Below, piece after piece: positions 46,488 to 55,588 of a DNA stretch of 64,000 nucleotides. The stretch is from Phycisphaerae bacterium. Its GTDB lineage: Bacteria; Planctomycetota; Phycisphaerae; UBA1845; DATKUK01. The notes below the pieces were generated by a model that saw only the letters and a program-made list of their open reading frames with translations, was not told the DNA's origin and searched no databases. A program made the translations under genes and the position numbers. Numbering within the stretch: the stretch's first letter is position 1; each line of letters begins with the position of its first letter. The stretch covers positions 4,534 through 68,533 of the forward strand of contig DATKUK010000080.1 of the NCBI GenBank assembly GCA_035530655.1, given 5' to 3'.

Positions 46488-48230
46488 ATGAATCCGACGC
46501 TCGCCCTGACGGTCATGACCGCTTTGGCATGTTGGGTAGGCGCTGCGCCCACGACACAGACGCAGCCAGCGGACGCGCCCGCCCGCCTTCAGGCTTTCTA
46601 TCGAGAGGGCCAGACCTTCATCACCTGGGCCGAGGCCGACGACGTCGACCACGAGCAGTACGTCCTCTACCGCAGTGATGCGCCCATCGAGCCCGACACG
46701 CTGACCCGCGCCGTCAAGATGGCCGTCGTCGGCGAAGGTTCCGGGGCGTACCCAAGAGAGGCCGGCCTGAAAGTTCTGGCCGAGAAGACCGGAATCGCCG
46801 AGTACGGCCAGCGATTCATCATCCGTGACAACCCAACCAACGATCCCAATGCCCAGTTGCCCGACCGCGTCGGGCTCTTTGTCAGAACGGTCAAGAAGCC
46901 CGGCAAGCGCTACTACGCCGTGCTGCCGACCGTCGAAGGCAGGGCGCTGCCCGACCGCTTCGCCGCCTTGTCCGAGCCCGTCGTCGAAAGCGTGCAGCTT
47001 CCCGGTGCCGTACTTGTGTGGAAGCACCCGGACGGCAAAGCGGCCGTCTACACACACTTCACCGACGGCGAGACCTGGGACCCGTCCAAGGAAGGCAACG
47101 CCTACAATTTCGGCATCGCCGTCCCCACCGACTACGACGGCAGCAGGCCGCTGCCGGTTGTCATCGGCGCCCACGGGATGAGCGGAAGCTACCGCGCCGC
47201 CGATTTCTCACGCTATTGGGGCGCGCTGTGGGCATGGCCTTGCGACCACTCGGGATCGTGGTTCTTCGGCATGACCAATCGCGATGGCACCAAGGTCGCT
47301 AACTACACCGAGCAACGCGTACGCTGGCTTATCACTTGGCTGGGCGCCGAACGAAATAACCAGTTCTGGCGGATCGATCCGCGGTTCGTGCATGGGCATG
47401 GCCACTCGATGGGCGGCACGGCCTGTATTGCCTGGGCTTTGCGGATGGGCGACCTCTTCTGCACCACCGTAAGCTCGGCCGGCGCGACCATCCACCGACG
47501 AAACGGCAAGTGGGTCAAACAGGCCGAAGGTCTGTGGGGTGCGGTCGACACCAATCTGCCCACGGCCGATGGAACAGGTGTCTGGGATCATCAGGACTAC
47601 GCCCAATGGTCGCTCGCTCACATCGGTGCCGAAACCGCCTTCCTGTTGCTCAGCCACGGCAAGCAGGATGAATCCGTGCCGTTCGATCCTTTTCCGGATT
47701 TCGTCGACGCCTTGCAGCAGTCGAAGCGGCCCTTCGTCGCTCATTGGGACCAGCGCGGGCACGGCGAGGCCAACTTCCTTGCCGTCCGCAACGACTGGGC
47801 GGGCGGGTTCAAGATTTCCATCGATCAGTCGCTGCCGGCCTTCGCCAATGCCTCCAACAACGACGACCCGCGACACGACGATGAAGGTATGGTCAACGGC
47901 TACCTGGAGTGGTCCGCCCCCGGCAACGACTTCGACGCCCGCAACGCCGAAGATGATTTGATCGACACGCCTTCGCTCTATGCGGTAAACATCCGGTCAC
48001 GCAAGGGACAGGCTACCGTCGATGTAACACCGCGCAGGCTCCAGCGGTTTCGACCCGTTTCGGGCAGACTCTATAAGTGGGAGAACGTCGACTTCACTGA
48101 CCCGACCCGGTCGGCCATAATCGACTCCGGCCAGGTCGAAGCCGATCCCTACCGACTAATCACCGTGCGCAACTTCCGCGTCGGCGATCGTGGCTGGGGC
48201 AACCGACTACGACTGATTCCCGTTCGCTAA
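46488..48230 (+). CDS. Secreted alpha/beta-hydrolase-like protein
   Basis: ATG at 46488 (GGAGA upstream). Signal peptide MNPTLALTVMTALACWVGAAP. Nucleophile-elbow-like GHGHSMGG. Confidence 0.6.
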   Translation: MNPTLALTVMTALACWVGAAPTTQTQPADAPARLQAFYREGQTFITWAEADDVDHEQYVLYRSDAPIEPDTLTRAVKMAVVGEGSGAYPREAGLKVLAEKTGIAEYGQRFIIRDNPTNDPNAQLPDRVGLFVRTVKKPGKRYYAVLPTVEGRALPDRFAALSEPVVESVQLPGAVLVWKHPDGKAAVYTHFTDGETWDPSKEGNAYNFGIAVPTDYDGSRPLPVVIGAHGMSGSYRAADFSRYWGALWAWPCDHSGSWFFGMTNRDGTKVANYTEQRVRWLITWLGAERNNQFWRIDPRFVHGHGHSMGGTACIAWALRMGDLFCTTVSSAGATIHRRNGKWVKQAEGLWGAVDTNLPTADGTGVWDHQDYAQWSLAHIGAETAFLLLSHGKQDESVPFDPFPDFVDALQQSKRPFVAHWDQRGHGEANFLAVRNDWAGGFKISIDQSLPAFANASNNDDPRHDDEGMVNGYLEWSAPGNDFDARNAEDDLIDTPSLYAVNIRSRKGQATVDVTPRRLQRFRPVSGRLYKWENVDFTDPTRSAIIDSGQVEADPYRLITVRNFRVGDRGWGNRLRLIPVR

Positions 48231-48507
48231 TGCAGGTGTGCGACCGAGTTCGTCCACCATGACCTGTCCGGACGCCGCCGGCGTGCATGACATACCGGCG
48301 GCGTCTACGGATTGTCTACGGTTTAGTGGGCGTACGATTACCCATGTTGCTCTTGACTACGCTGTAGTCGGCGGTGGTCACGCGCTTGCCGCCGTTCAGG
48401 TCATACCGAATGCACTCATCTGTTTCGATGCGGCGCTTGCCTGTCTGACCGCAATCCCCTGAACACGAACGTGCAGAGGGATTGAGTGGCTGCCTCTTCG
48501 CGACAGT

Positions 48508-49980
48508 TCAGCCTCCGTCGTGGAGAAGCTGCTCAAGCAGCTCGGGCACCGACACCGCGGCAAACGTGGTGGCCAGATCGGACATCGCGTATGGGATGAT
48601 AAGCCGTTCGTTGTGTATGATCGAGCCACATGAGTATACGACGTTGGGCACGTAACCTTCGCGCTCCTCGGAACTCGGCACAAGCAGCGGCTCGCGGAGG
48701 CGCCCGACGATGCGCAGCGGGTCGTCACGGTCGAGCAACATGGCGCCGATGCAATACTGCCGCATCGGCCCTACTCCGTGTGTGAGCAGCAGCCAGCCGG
48801 CGTCGGTTTCAAGCGGCGAGCCGCAGTTACCGATCTGCACCAGTTCCCAAGGCTCGCGCGGCCCCTGCAATGTCTGCGCGTGGTTCCACGTGTAGATACT
48901 GTCGGATCGGAGCAGGTAGAGGCTCTCCCCGTCGTGGCGGGATATCATCATGTAGCACCCGTCGACTCGGCGAGGAAACAAGGCCATCCCTTTGTTCCTG
49001 ACATACCTGCCGTTGAGTGTGCGCACGTGGAACGTCAGGAAATCGCTCGTCTCCAGCAGCATCGGCAGCATCCGCGAACCGTTGTACGCCGTGTAGGTGC
49101 CGCAGTAGCGGGCGGTCCCATCTTCATGATGGAAGGTCACCAGGCGCAGATCCTCCATCCCCTGCCGTTCGTACTCGGTGGCAGGAAAGATGACGATCTC
49201 GGCCGGAAGGCAGTCTGAAGGGAAGGAGAGTTCGTAGTTGGCCTCGGCCAGCCAGAGCATGTCTGCTGCCATGGCTCTGAAGCGCGGCCGCGTGCCGGCG
49301 TGCCGTCGCGCCTCGTTGACCGCCTGACGCAACTGCATGGAGCTGAACGTGTCGGGGAGCAACCCAAGAACCGTCGCATCCACGCTCTCATAGGCGCCGA
49401 GTTCGCCAAGCTGTCGCCGGAACAGCTCCTTCTCGAAGAGCCTGTCAGGCTGCGGTTTGGTCGAGTATGCGTATCGCGGCGGCAAATCAAACGTGATTCC
49501 GCCCTCCGCGTCGATGACACCGCGCCGGAAAACGATCGATGAAACATGACCCTCGCCGGTAGCCCGAAGACTCAACAGAAAGCGCATCGATCCCGCCGGC
49601 AGCCCGCTCTGGTCGGGATGGACGACAATGGACGGGTTGAACAGGGCTGCTGACTCGATGGAGTACTCGAAAGTGAAATACGCGCCGATCAGTAGCTGAC
49701 GCTGCTCGGATAGAGCCTTCTCCAGCCGCACCTGACGGCCCACATTTCGATAGTTATCGGTCAAGGCCGCCCGGATATCGCGGTGACGGGCGGCAAAGTT
49801 CTCCATCACTTCGGACAGTTCGCGCTCAACTTGCTCGTCGGTCAGGGCCATGATGCGGTTCAGGATGGAGCGTATGCGGCGCGGACTGCGGAAGTCGAGG
49901 TAGCGCGTGATCACCCTCCTGTCGTCCGACTCAAGCCGCTGAGCGCCGCGTATCACACGCACGACCGAAGCCTCCATCAC
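48508..49980 (-). CDS. Long-form GH130-like glycosidase-related protein
   Basis: 490 aa. The C-terminal approximately 250 aa carry GH130-like beta-propeller motifs (YNGSR..., LTHGVG, EGYVPNVVYSCG). The N-terminal approximately 230 aa are unassigned. Confidence 0.75.
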   Translation of the reverse strand: MMEASVVRVIRGAQRLESDDRRVITRYLDFRSPRRIRSILNRIMALTDEQVERELSEVMENFAARHRDIRAALTDNYRNVGRQVRLEKALSEQRQLLIGAYFTFEYSIESAALFNPSIVVHPDQSGLPAGSMRFLLSLRATGEGHVSSIVFRRGVIDAEGGITFDLPPRYAYSTKPQPDRLFEKELFRRQLGELGAYESVDATVLGLLPDTFSSMQLRQAVNEARRHAGTRPRFRAMAADMLWLAEANYELSFPSDCLPAEIVIFPATEYERQGMEDLRLVTFHHEDGTARYCGTYTAYNGSRMLPMLLETSDFLTFHVRTLNGRYVRNKGMALFPRRVDGCYMMISRHDGESLYLLRSDSIYTWNHAQTLQGPREPWELVQIGNCGSPLETDAGWLLLTHGVGPMRQYCIGAMLLDRDDPLRIVGRLREPLLVPSSEEREGYVPNVVYSCGSIIHNERLIIPYAMSDLATTFAAVSVPELLEQLLHDGG

Positions 49981-49999
49981 GCTGCACCCTGTCTTGCGA

Positions 50000-52852
50000 T
50001 CACCAGTAAATATAGCGCTCGAACAGACGACGGTCCCGCTGCGGCAGGGCCGTCACTTCCGGAATGAGGTAGCGGTTCTCCTCCAGATCCAGAAGGATCT
50101 TCCCGTTCCGCCCGTAGTCCAGAGCCGCATCCTGCGCGTACCGGATGATGAACTCCAGATCTCCCAGGTCCGTCCTCGCTTTGAACGTGAGGAAGTTGTG
50201 CCAGGAGTTGATCGAGTCGATACGCTCGATGGTATGCACGAAGTAACGGCGCAAGAGGGCCTCGCGAATGAGCTGCCGCGCCTCGGCCGGCCAATCTTCG
50301 AGATTGCGAACGAGCCCGATCTCCTGTTCCCGGTCCTCGATATCGACGTAGCGCAGACTGATATAACGCGTGGGATGCCGAACCGGCAGGCAGCGCAGGG
50401 CAAACACGCCATGGTAGATTCTCTCATTCATCACCGTTACGTGCAGTGCGCCATGGTTGCCCAGATGCACCGCGGCAATTCGCGGCGTGAGCCATCGAGC
50501 ATGGTGGCTCGTGATCGGCGGCAGGTGAGTATCCGGGTCCACGCCTGACTCGATCGCAGATTCGCCTGTGCCCGCCAGGGGCCTTAACGCGTACGAATGG
50601 TCCACGTCGCTGTGAGCTGGTGTGGTCGACTGAAGTCGGACGAACTTCGCATATCGGCCGTTGCGCTTCATCAACTCCATGTGATGGCCCTGCTCGACAA
50701 CTCGCCCTTCCTCGACCACAAGTATGTTGTCACAATTGCGCAGCGTGGATAGGCGATGAGCGATCAGGATGCTGGTGCGGCCGCGGACCAGCTCCTCCAA
50801 AGCTTTCTGGATTGCCAGTTCCGACTCGCTATCCACGCTGCTGGTGGCTTCGTCCAGAATCAGAATCCGGGGATCACACAACAGCGCGCGGGCGATGCTC
50901 AACCGCTGACGCTCACCGCCCGACAGGCCGGCTCCGCGCTCGCCCACCCACGTGTCGTAGGCATGGTATCGCCTCAAAATGAAGTCATGGGCGTTGGCCG
51001 CACGGCAAGCGGCGATGACCTGCTCCTCCGTGGCATCTCGCCGGCCGTAGACCATGTTGTCCCAGAGCGTACCCCGAAACAGAAACGGTTCCTGAAGAAC
51101 CACACCCATCTGGCGTCGCAGATCCGACATTGGAGCGTCGCGAACATCGTTGCCGTCGACCAGGATCTGCCCTTCGTCCACGTCATAATAACGTGAAAGA
51201 AGGTTGATAATGGTCGTCTTCCCCGAACCGCTGCGACCCACGATCCCCAGAGTCTGGCCCGCTTCAATCGTGAAACTGACGTTCTTGAGCACGGGCGCCT
51301 GCCGACTGTATCCGAAGGTGACGTTGCGGAACTCGATGCGGCCCTGAAGCGCCGGTAGCGCGACGGCGGCATGCGTCTCGCGTATCGCAATGGGCGTGTC
51401 GAGCACTTCGAAGATACGATGGACTTGCGTGCTGAACTGCGTCACCCACGTAGTCAAGTTCGTCAAACTGGCCAGCGGACCGTAGAACATGGCCAGGTAT
51501 CCGAAGAACGCCATCAGCGTCCCCAGCGTGAGCTGCTGACCGAGCACGCGCCCGCCGCCGACATACCAGACCACCCAACCGCCTACCTGAAAAACAATAC
51601 CCATCAACGGATAGAAGGTGGCGGCCGAGCTGTCCACCTTGCGCCGGGCATCGCGCAGGCTGCCGCTGGATTCCATGAAGCGACTCAACTCGCGCTCCTC
51701 CTGAGCGAAGGCCTTGACCACACGTATGCCCGACAAAATGCCACTGAGCATGCCCGCCTGCTTGGAGGACCGATCGTAAAACCGGCGGTAATGCGGGTGC
51801 ACAACCCGGTAGAAAAGCAACGATCCCAGCACAACAAACGGCGCAGGAATGAACGTCCACACCGCCAGTTTCGGTTCCAGGCTGAACATAAGGACCGCGG
51901 AGAAAATGACCAGGAGAAGTTGCACGAAAAAGCCGGCCGTCAACTGACCCATGAAACCCTGTACCGCCTCGGTGTCGTAGGCGACCCGGCCCACCAGCGA
52001 ACCGACCTGCTGCTTGTCGTAGTAACTCAGATCCAATTGCTCGAGGTGCTCGACCAGGCGGCCGCGAATGTCATAGGTGATGGATGTGCCGACGCGGCTG
52101 GACAGGCGCCCGTTCAAAGCGTTGATGATGGCCCGTACCATTTGCACCAACGCCAGCACCGCAACGACCGACACCAGCAGGTGCACCCCCTGCGCCAGCG
52201 TCTGGCTCGTTGCAGCCGTTGCCTGCGGGACCGACCCGGCGCGCAGCACGTTGTCCACCAGGTATCGTGTCAGCAGCGGCCCGATCATGTCGCACGCGAT
52301 GCCCACCAGCAGCAGTCCCATCATGAGCATCGCCCACGCCCGGTACGGCCGCATCAGATGAAGTACGCGGATGATCGCCCTGCCCGGGCGAATGCAGCGT
52401 GGGCACGTTTCGCCGGCGAACTGGAGCATCAAGTCGCACTTCGGACATCGCCGCGGGTCCTGCTCGTCCTCGGGTCCCAGCTCGACCCGGACACCCTCGC
52501 GGAGCTGCTGCAAATGTCGGGCCAGCCGGCCGAACCAGTACTTCATGCGGTTCGAATAACGAATCAAATCGACCCAGATCCCGCCAACCTTGGCCTGGAG
52601 CAGTCCCGAACCAACGGCTGGAATCGTGCGAAACTCCTCGATCTGGTGCATGGCGACGTTCACACGCGGGGCCGATGGTCCCCCCTGGTCGAACACGCAG
52701 ACCACGTCGCGCGTGGCGATGATCCATTGCGGATCGTAGCTACCTCGCAGGTCAATATCACTGGACAGCGCCAGCACCACGTCTTCCGGCCGAACTCCCA
52801 AGGCCGCCAGACGCGTAACCACGGCTGGCGGAATGTCAGATCGCAACCGCAT
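50000..52852 (-). CDS. ABC exporter (TMD+NBD) with N-terminal extra domain plus zinc ribbon and C-terminal DUF1854 fusion
   Basis: 950 aa. CPKCD...CPRC ribbon and a six-helix TMD. Walker A GRSGSGKTT, signature LSGGERQR, Walker B ILILDEATS. The C-terminal 150 aa (LRCLPVRHP...YISLRY...FIIRY...ERYIYW) match the DUF1854 pattern. Confidence 0.88.
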   Translation of the reverse strand: MRLRSDIPPAVVTRLAALGVRPEDVVLALSSDIDLRGSYDPQWIIATRDVVCVFDQGGPSAPRVNVAMHQIEEFRTIPAVGSGLLQAKVGGIWVDLIRYSNRMKYWFGRLARHLQQLREGVRVELGPEDEQDPRRCPKCDLMLQFAGETCPRCIRPGRAIIRVLHLMRPYRAWAMLMMGLLLVGIACDMIGPLLTRYLVDNVLRAGSVPQATAATSQTLAQGVHLLVSVVAVLALVQMVRAIINALNGRLSSRVGTSITYDIRGRLVEHLEQLDLSYYDKQQVGSLVGRVAYDTEAVQGFMGQLTAGFFVQLLLVIFSAVLMFSLEPKLAVWTFIPAPFVVLGSLLFYRVVHPHYRRFYDRSSKQAGMLSGILSGIRVVKAFAQEERELSRFMESSGSLRDARRKVDSSAATFYPLMGIVFQVGGWVVWYVGGGRVLGQQLTLGTLMAFFGYLAMFYGPLASLTNLTTWVTQFSTQVHRIFEVLDTPIAIRETHAAVALPALQGRIEFRNVTFGYSRQAPVLKNVSFTIEAGQTLGIVGRSGSGKTTIINLLSRYYDVDEGQILVDGNDVRDAPMSDLRRQMGVVLQEPFLFRGTLWDNMVYGRRDATEEQVIAACRAANAHDFILRRYHAYDTWVGERGAGLSGGERQRLSIARALLCDPRILILDEATSSVDSESELAIQKALEELVRGRTSILIAHRLSTLRNCDNILVVEEGRVVEQGHHMELMKRNGRYAKFVRLQSTTPAHSDVDHSYALRPLAGTGESAIESGVDPDTHLPPITSHHARWLTPRIAAVHLGNHGALHVTVMNERIYHGVFALRCLPVRHPTRYISLRYVDIEDREQEIGLVRNLEDWPAEARQLIREALLRRYFVHTIERIDSINSWHNFLTFKARTDLGDLEFIIRYAQDAALDYGRNGKILLDLEENRYLIPEVTALPQRDRRLFERYIYW

Positions 52853-53115
52853 CAGACACTTCCTCGACAGCGGCGCACTGATTTACCGGGAGGTGCGCTT
52901 GTCGTGCCGACCACCTTTCAGACGACCGGCGCCCCGACCCGGCTGCGCTGCCTGTCCGCTATTCTTGCCCGATGTTGTTCGGACGGCCAGTGGCCAGACC
53001 CAAGACCGCCCTATACCCGTCCAAGCCGGGTTCGTGCAACCCAACAGCCATGGCCGCCCTGCGAGCCCAGCCGACCATCCAATCGGTAGCCCTCGTTTAT
53101 CTTATGGCCACATCA

Positions 53116-53252
53116 TCACTTCATCATCTTGCGGAAAGAATCCCGGGCGTCGCCGACCTGACGCCGAATCCGCCGGACGAGGCGACGGGCCCAGACGAAC
53201 TCGGTCCCCAGCAGGGCCAGACCTGCCGGTAACACGACAAACGCCGGCCCGG
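53116..53252. repeat. Displaced copy of the terC 3' end (left boundary repeat of islet)
   Basis: 137 bp, 10 mismatches against 56732-56868. The minus-strand translation PGPAFVVLPAGLALLGTEFVWARRLVRRIRRQVGDARDSFRKMMK* differs from the TerC C-terminus at only 2 residues. Confidence 0.9.
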
Positions 53253-53307
53253 TTTCCACACCCTTGACGCCCACCTACCGCCGCGTACACTGAACGTCGA
53301 GGTTTAG

Positions 53308-53646
53308 GACTGGGAGGACTGGCCGACGCCCATCAAATACGCCCTGTTCGAGAACAACATCACTGCCGATCCCGACGACTACGCAGCCATGGTCCAGATC
53401 AGCGGCAGCGCCGACGGCGACGATCTGGTCCAGGACATCATCGACCAGGGCACGACGGTGAACAAGCCGGACATCCTGGCGGTGACCGCCGCCCTCAAGC
53501 TGGCCTGCCAGCGGCGGGTTGAGCAGGGCCAGCGGGTCAACTACTTCGGCATGATGGACTTCTTCCCGCGGATCAAGGGCGTCTTCACCGGCCCGACCGA
53601 CAGCTTCGACCAGGCCTGCTACCGCGTGGACATCGGGGCCAATGCG
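53308..53646 (+). pseudogene. N-terminal fragment of an HU_HIG / DUF4469-type DNA-binding protein
   Basis: The open frame after the TAG at 53305 reads ..IKYALFENNITADPDDYAAMVQISGSADGDDLVQDIIDQGTTVNKPDILAVTAAL...GVFTGPTDSFDQACYRVDIGANA, matching the N-terminal domain of Bacteroidota-type DUF4469 proteins. There is no start codon at the expected position, and homology breaks at about 53646. Confidence 0.7.
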
Positions 53647-53698
53647 TTTTCTACCTCTGGGTTGATTGGCAATGTTTTGCCGGTTAGAATTCGTAAGA

Positions 53699-54016
53699 AT
53701 GGACGTACTGCTCCAGATCAAGCGGCTGGTGGTGCAAGGACGGATACGGTTCACCGAAAAGGCTCGCGAGGAAATGGAGGCCGACGGATTGAGCGCGGGC
53801 GAGGTGATCGAATCGATCGCCAACGCCCAGGCCATCGCGAAGACTCTTCGGTCACGCAGCCGCACCAAGCGCTATTCAGGTGAGAAACTCTATGTCATCA
53901 AAAGCTTCAGCTACGACGGGACGCTCATCTATACGAAGGGGGCCATCGTCCGCCAAGCGAAACAAGAAGTCTTCTACGTCTTCGTCTCCGCGAAGATCGC
54001 CACGCTCGGTGGGTAA
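53699..54016 (+). CDS. MqsR-like type II toxin
   Basis: ATG at 53699. 105 aa. LLQIKRLVVQGRIRFTEKAREEMEADGLS...KLYVIKSF...IYTKGAIV...VFVSAK follows the MqsR-family pattern. AT-rich leader. Confidence 0.6.
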   Translation: MDVLLQIKRLVVQGRIRFTEKAREEMEADGLSAGEVIESIANAQAIAKTLRSRSRTKRYSGEKLYVIKSFSYDGTLIYTKGAIVRQAKQEVFYVFVSAKIATLGG

Positions 54017-54206
54017 ACACCCTGGGCTGAAGGTTTGCGTCTCGTGTGGATCACGACGCGTCCAATCCAAAAGGGTGTCGGTTCGCCTGCGGGACGGACG
54101 GAGGGTGACCGGTGTCAAAGCTGATGTGTGTGCCGCGTGCGGCGAGCGTTACTTCGACCTGGAAGCGATGCGACAGCTCGAAGCCGAGCGCACGGACGAC
54201 GAATGA
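54009..54206 (+). CDS. YgiT-type zinc-finger antitoxin (MqsA N-terminal-domain-like, no HTH)
   Basis: GTG at 54009 overlaps the toxin end by 8 nt. 65 aa with CVSCG...x27...CAACGERYFD, the YgiT zinc-ribbon signature. Confidence 0.65.
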   Translation: MGKHPGLKVCVSCGSRRVQSKRVSVRLRDGRRVTGVKADVCAACGERYFDLEAMRQLEAERTDDE

Positions 54207-54457
54207 CCGGCAACCGCTTGAAGTTCGACCCCAACGAGGCTGACGAGGGCCTCTACTTCGTGGCCGACGCCAGCGGCGAGACCAAGGTGTCCACCGTCCA
54301 GAAGAACAAGCCCTCACAGCTCGTCTTCCTGGTCCCGGCGGGACTGGCAGCGGGCACATACCACCTGGAAGTCCGGGCCAGGATGGGCAGCGGCACATCG
54401 GCCCGCGAACTGCGTATGGGACGTCTGGACTCGACGCTGACGGTCCTGCCGATGTAG
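54203..54457 (+). pseudogene. C-terminal DUF4469 (Ig-like) fragment, possibly still translated
   Basis: MTGNRLKFDPNEADEGLYFVADASGETKVSTVQKNKPSQLVFLVPAGLAAGTYHLEV...LTVLP matches the DUF4469 C-terminal domain. Its ATG overlaps the antitoxin stop (ATGA). Different frame from the N-terminal fragment. Confidence 0.6.
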
Positions 54458-54916
54458 GGTAGGCTGGCAAATCGGCGGTCGGGTATTCGTGGCACAGGCG
54501 TCTCGCCTGTGGGTCAATCAGCGCGATCGCCGGTCCGAAAAGCGGTTTTCGGACCTTCGGGTCTGGCAAAATGGGCAATTTGGATAAGTTGTGCGGTGTT
54601 ATGAACTCCGGAAAAACCGTTTCCAAGCTAAGATCGATTACCACGCCTTACTTGGCGCGGGCGCCCGCATCCAAGCTGGGAGTCGGTGTCGGCCTCAACA
54701 GGAGTCGGGACCGCGTAAGCTGCCTACTCGGTCCCGATACCGTGCTTACTCGGTCCCGACCTCACCGAGGTCCGAACCGGACTTCACTGAGGTGCGCGGC
54801 CGACTTCAAGCTGGTGGTCTGCGCACCCAACCCTACGGGACTCCAAGCATAGGAGGACAGTCGGTGACAACAATGACTTACGATCTTGACACGGCTCACT
54901 TCATAGGAGCTTCATT

Positions 54917-55381
54917 GTGAACACAAGACTGATCGGCTCAATATTTCTTGTCTTTGCCACAGTGTGCCCATCTTCGGCCTTCGCTGATGATACCGATGAC
55001 CTGCCCGTCGCTGCCTACCGCGGAGACTTAAACCGCGTGCGGTCTCTTCTGTCCGCCGGTGCCGATGTGAACGCCAAAGCCACTGCCGGCGTGACGGCCT
55101 TGTGGCAGGCGGCCGCAAATGGTCATACTGAGATTGTCAAGGCCCTGCTGGAAAGCAAAGCTAATGTGAACGTGCAACGGAAAACCGATAGCTCTACTCC
55201 GTTATTCGTGGCTGCAGTATATGGCCACGCTGATATAGTCAAGGTCCTGCTGGAGGCAGCGGCGGATGTGAATGCCAAGGTACATGCCGCCGGCGAGGAC
55301 CATACACCTTTGAGCATCGCCACACAGAGGGGCCACACGGAAGTTATCAAGCTCTTGACGGAATATGGAGCCAAGGATTAG
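54917..55381 (+). CDS. Secreted ankyrin-repeat protein
   Basis: GTG start preceded by AGGAG. Signal peptide MNTRLIGSIFLVFATVCPSSAFA. Three to four ANK repeats (G.TALW.AA.NGH.EIVKALLE..A.VN). About 52% GC in a hand-counted line. Confidence 0.85.
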   Translation: MNTRLIGSIFLVFATVCPSSAFADDTDDLPVAAYRGDLNRVRSLLSAGADVNAKATAGVTALWQAAANGHTEIVKALLESKANVNVQRKTDSSTPLFVAAVYGHADIVKVLLEAAADVNAKVHAAGEDHTPLSIATQRGHTEVIKLLTEYGAKD

Positions 55382-55588
55382 CGCTCCGTGCCCGGTGATC
55401 GGCCGCCCCATCCCCGCTTGCGAAAGCGACCCGATCTCGCGTGAGCAGCAGGCGCCGGGTGCCACTGCTCTGTGAGCAGTGTTTGGCGCATCGACTGTGT
55501 CCCATGGCGGAGCACTGCTGACCCTTCGGCTGCGCTCAGGGCAGGCGCCGCAGCAGCACACCGACCCTATTAAGCAAGGAGCAAGAAG

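Noticed and set aside
48330-48500. Minus-strand frame encoding ..CSGDCGQTGKRRIETDECIRYDLNGGKRVTTADYSVVKSNMGNRTPTKP in the convergent gap, plus an 11-bp perfect hairpin at about 48279-48313
   Set aside because: The frame has protein-like composition but no ATG/GTG/TTG start after the upstream stop and is under 60 codons. The hairpin is most simply a bidirectional terminator. Neither is called as a gene.
53275-53868. 197-aa minus-strand ORF in the islet
   Set aside because: Antisense to the HU_HIG fragment and to the toxin gene start. It has no motifs, whereas the plus-strand frames match known families.
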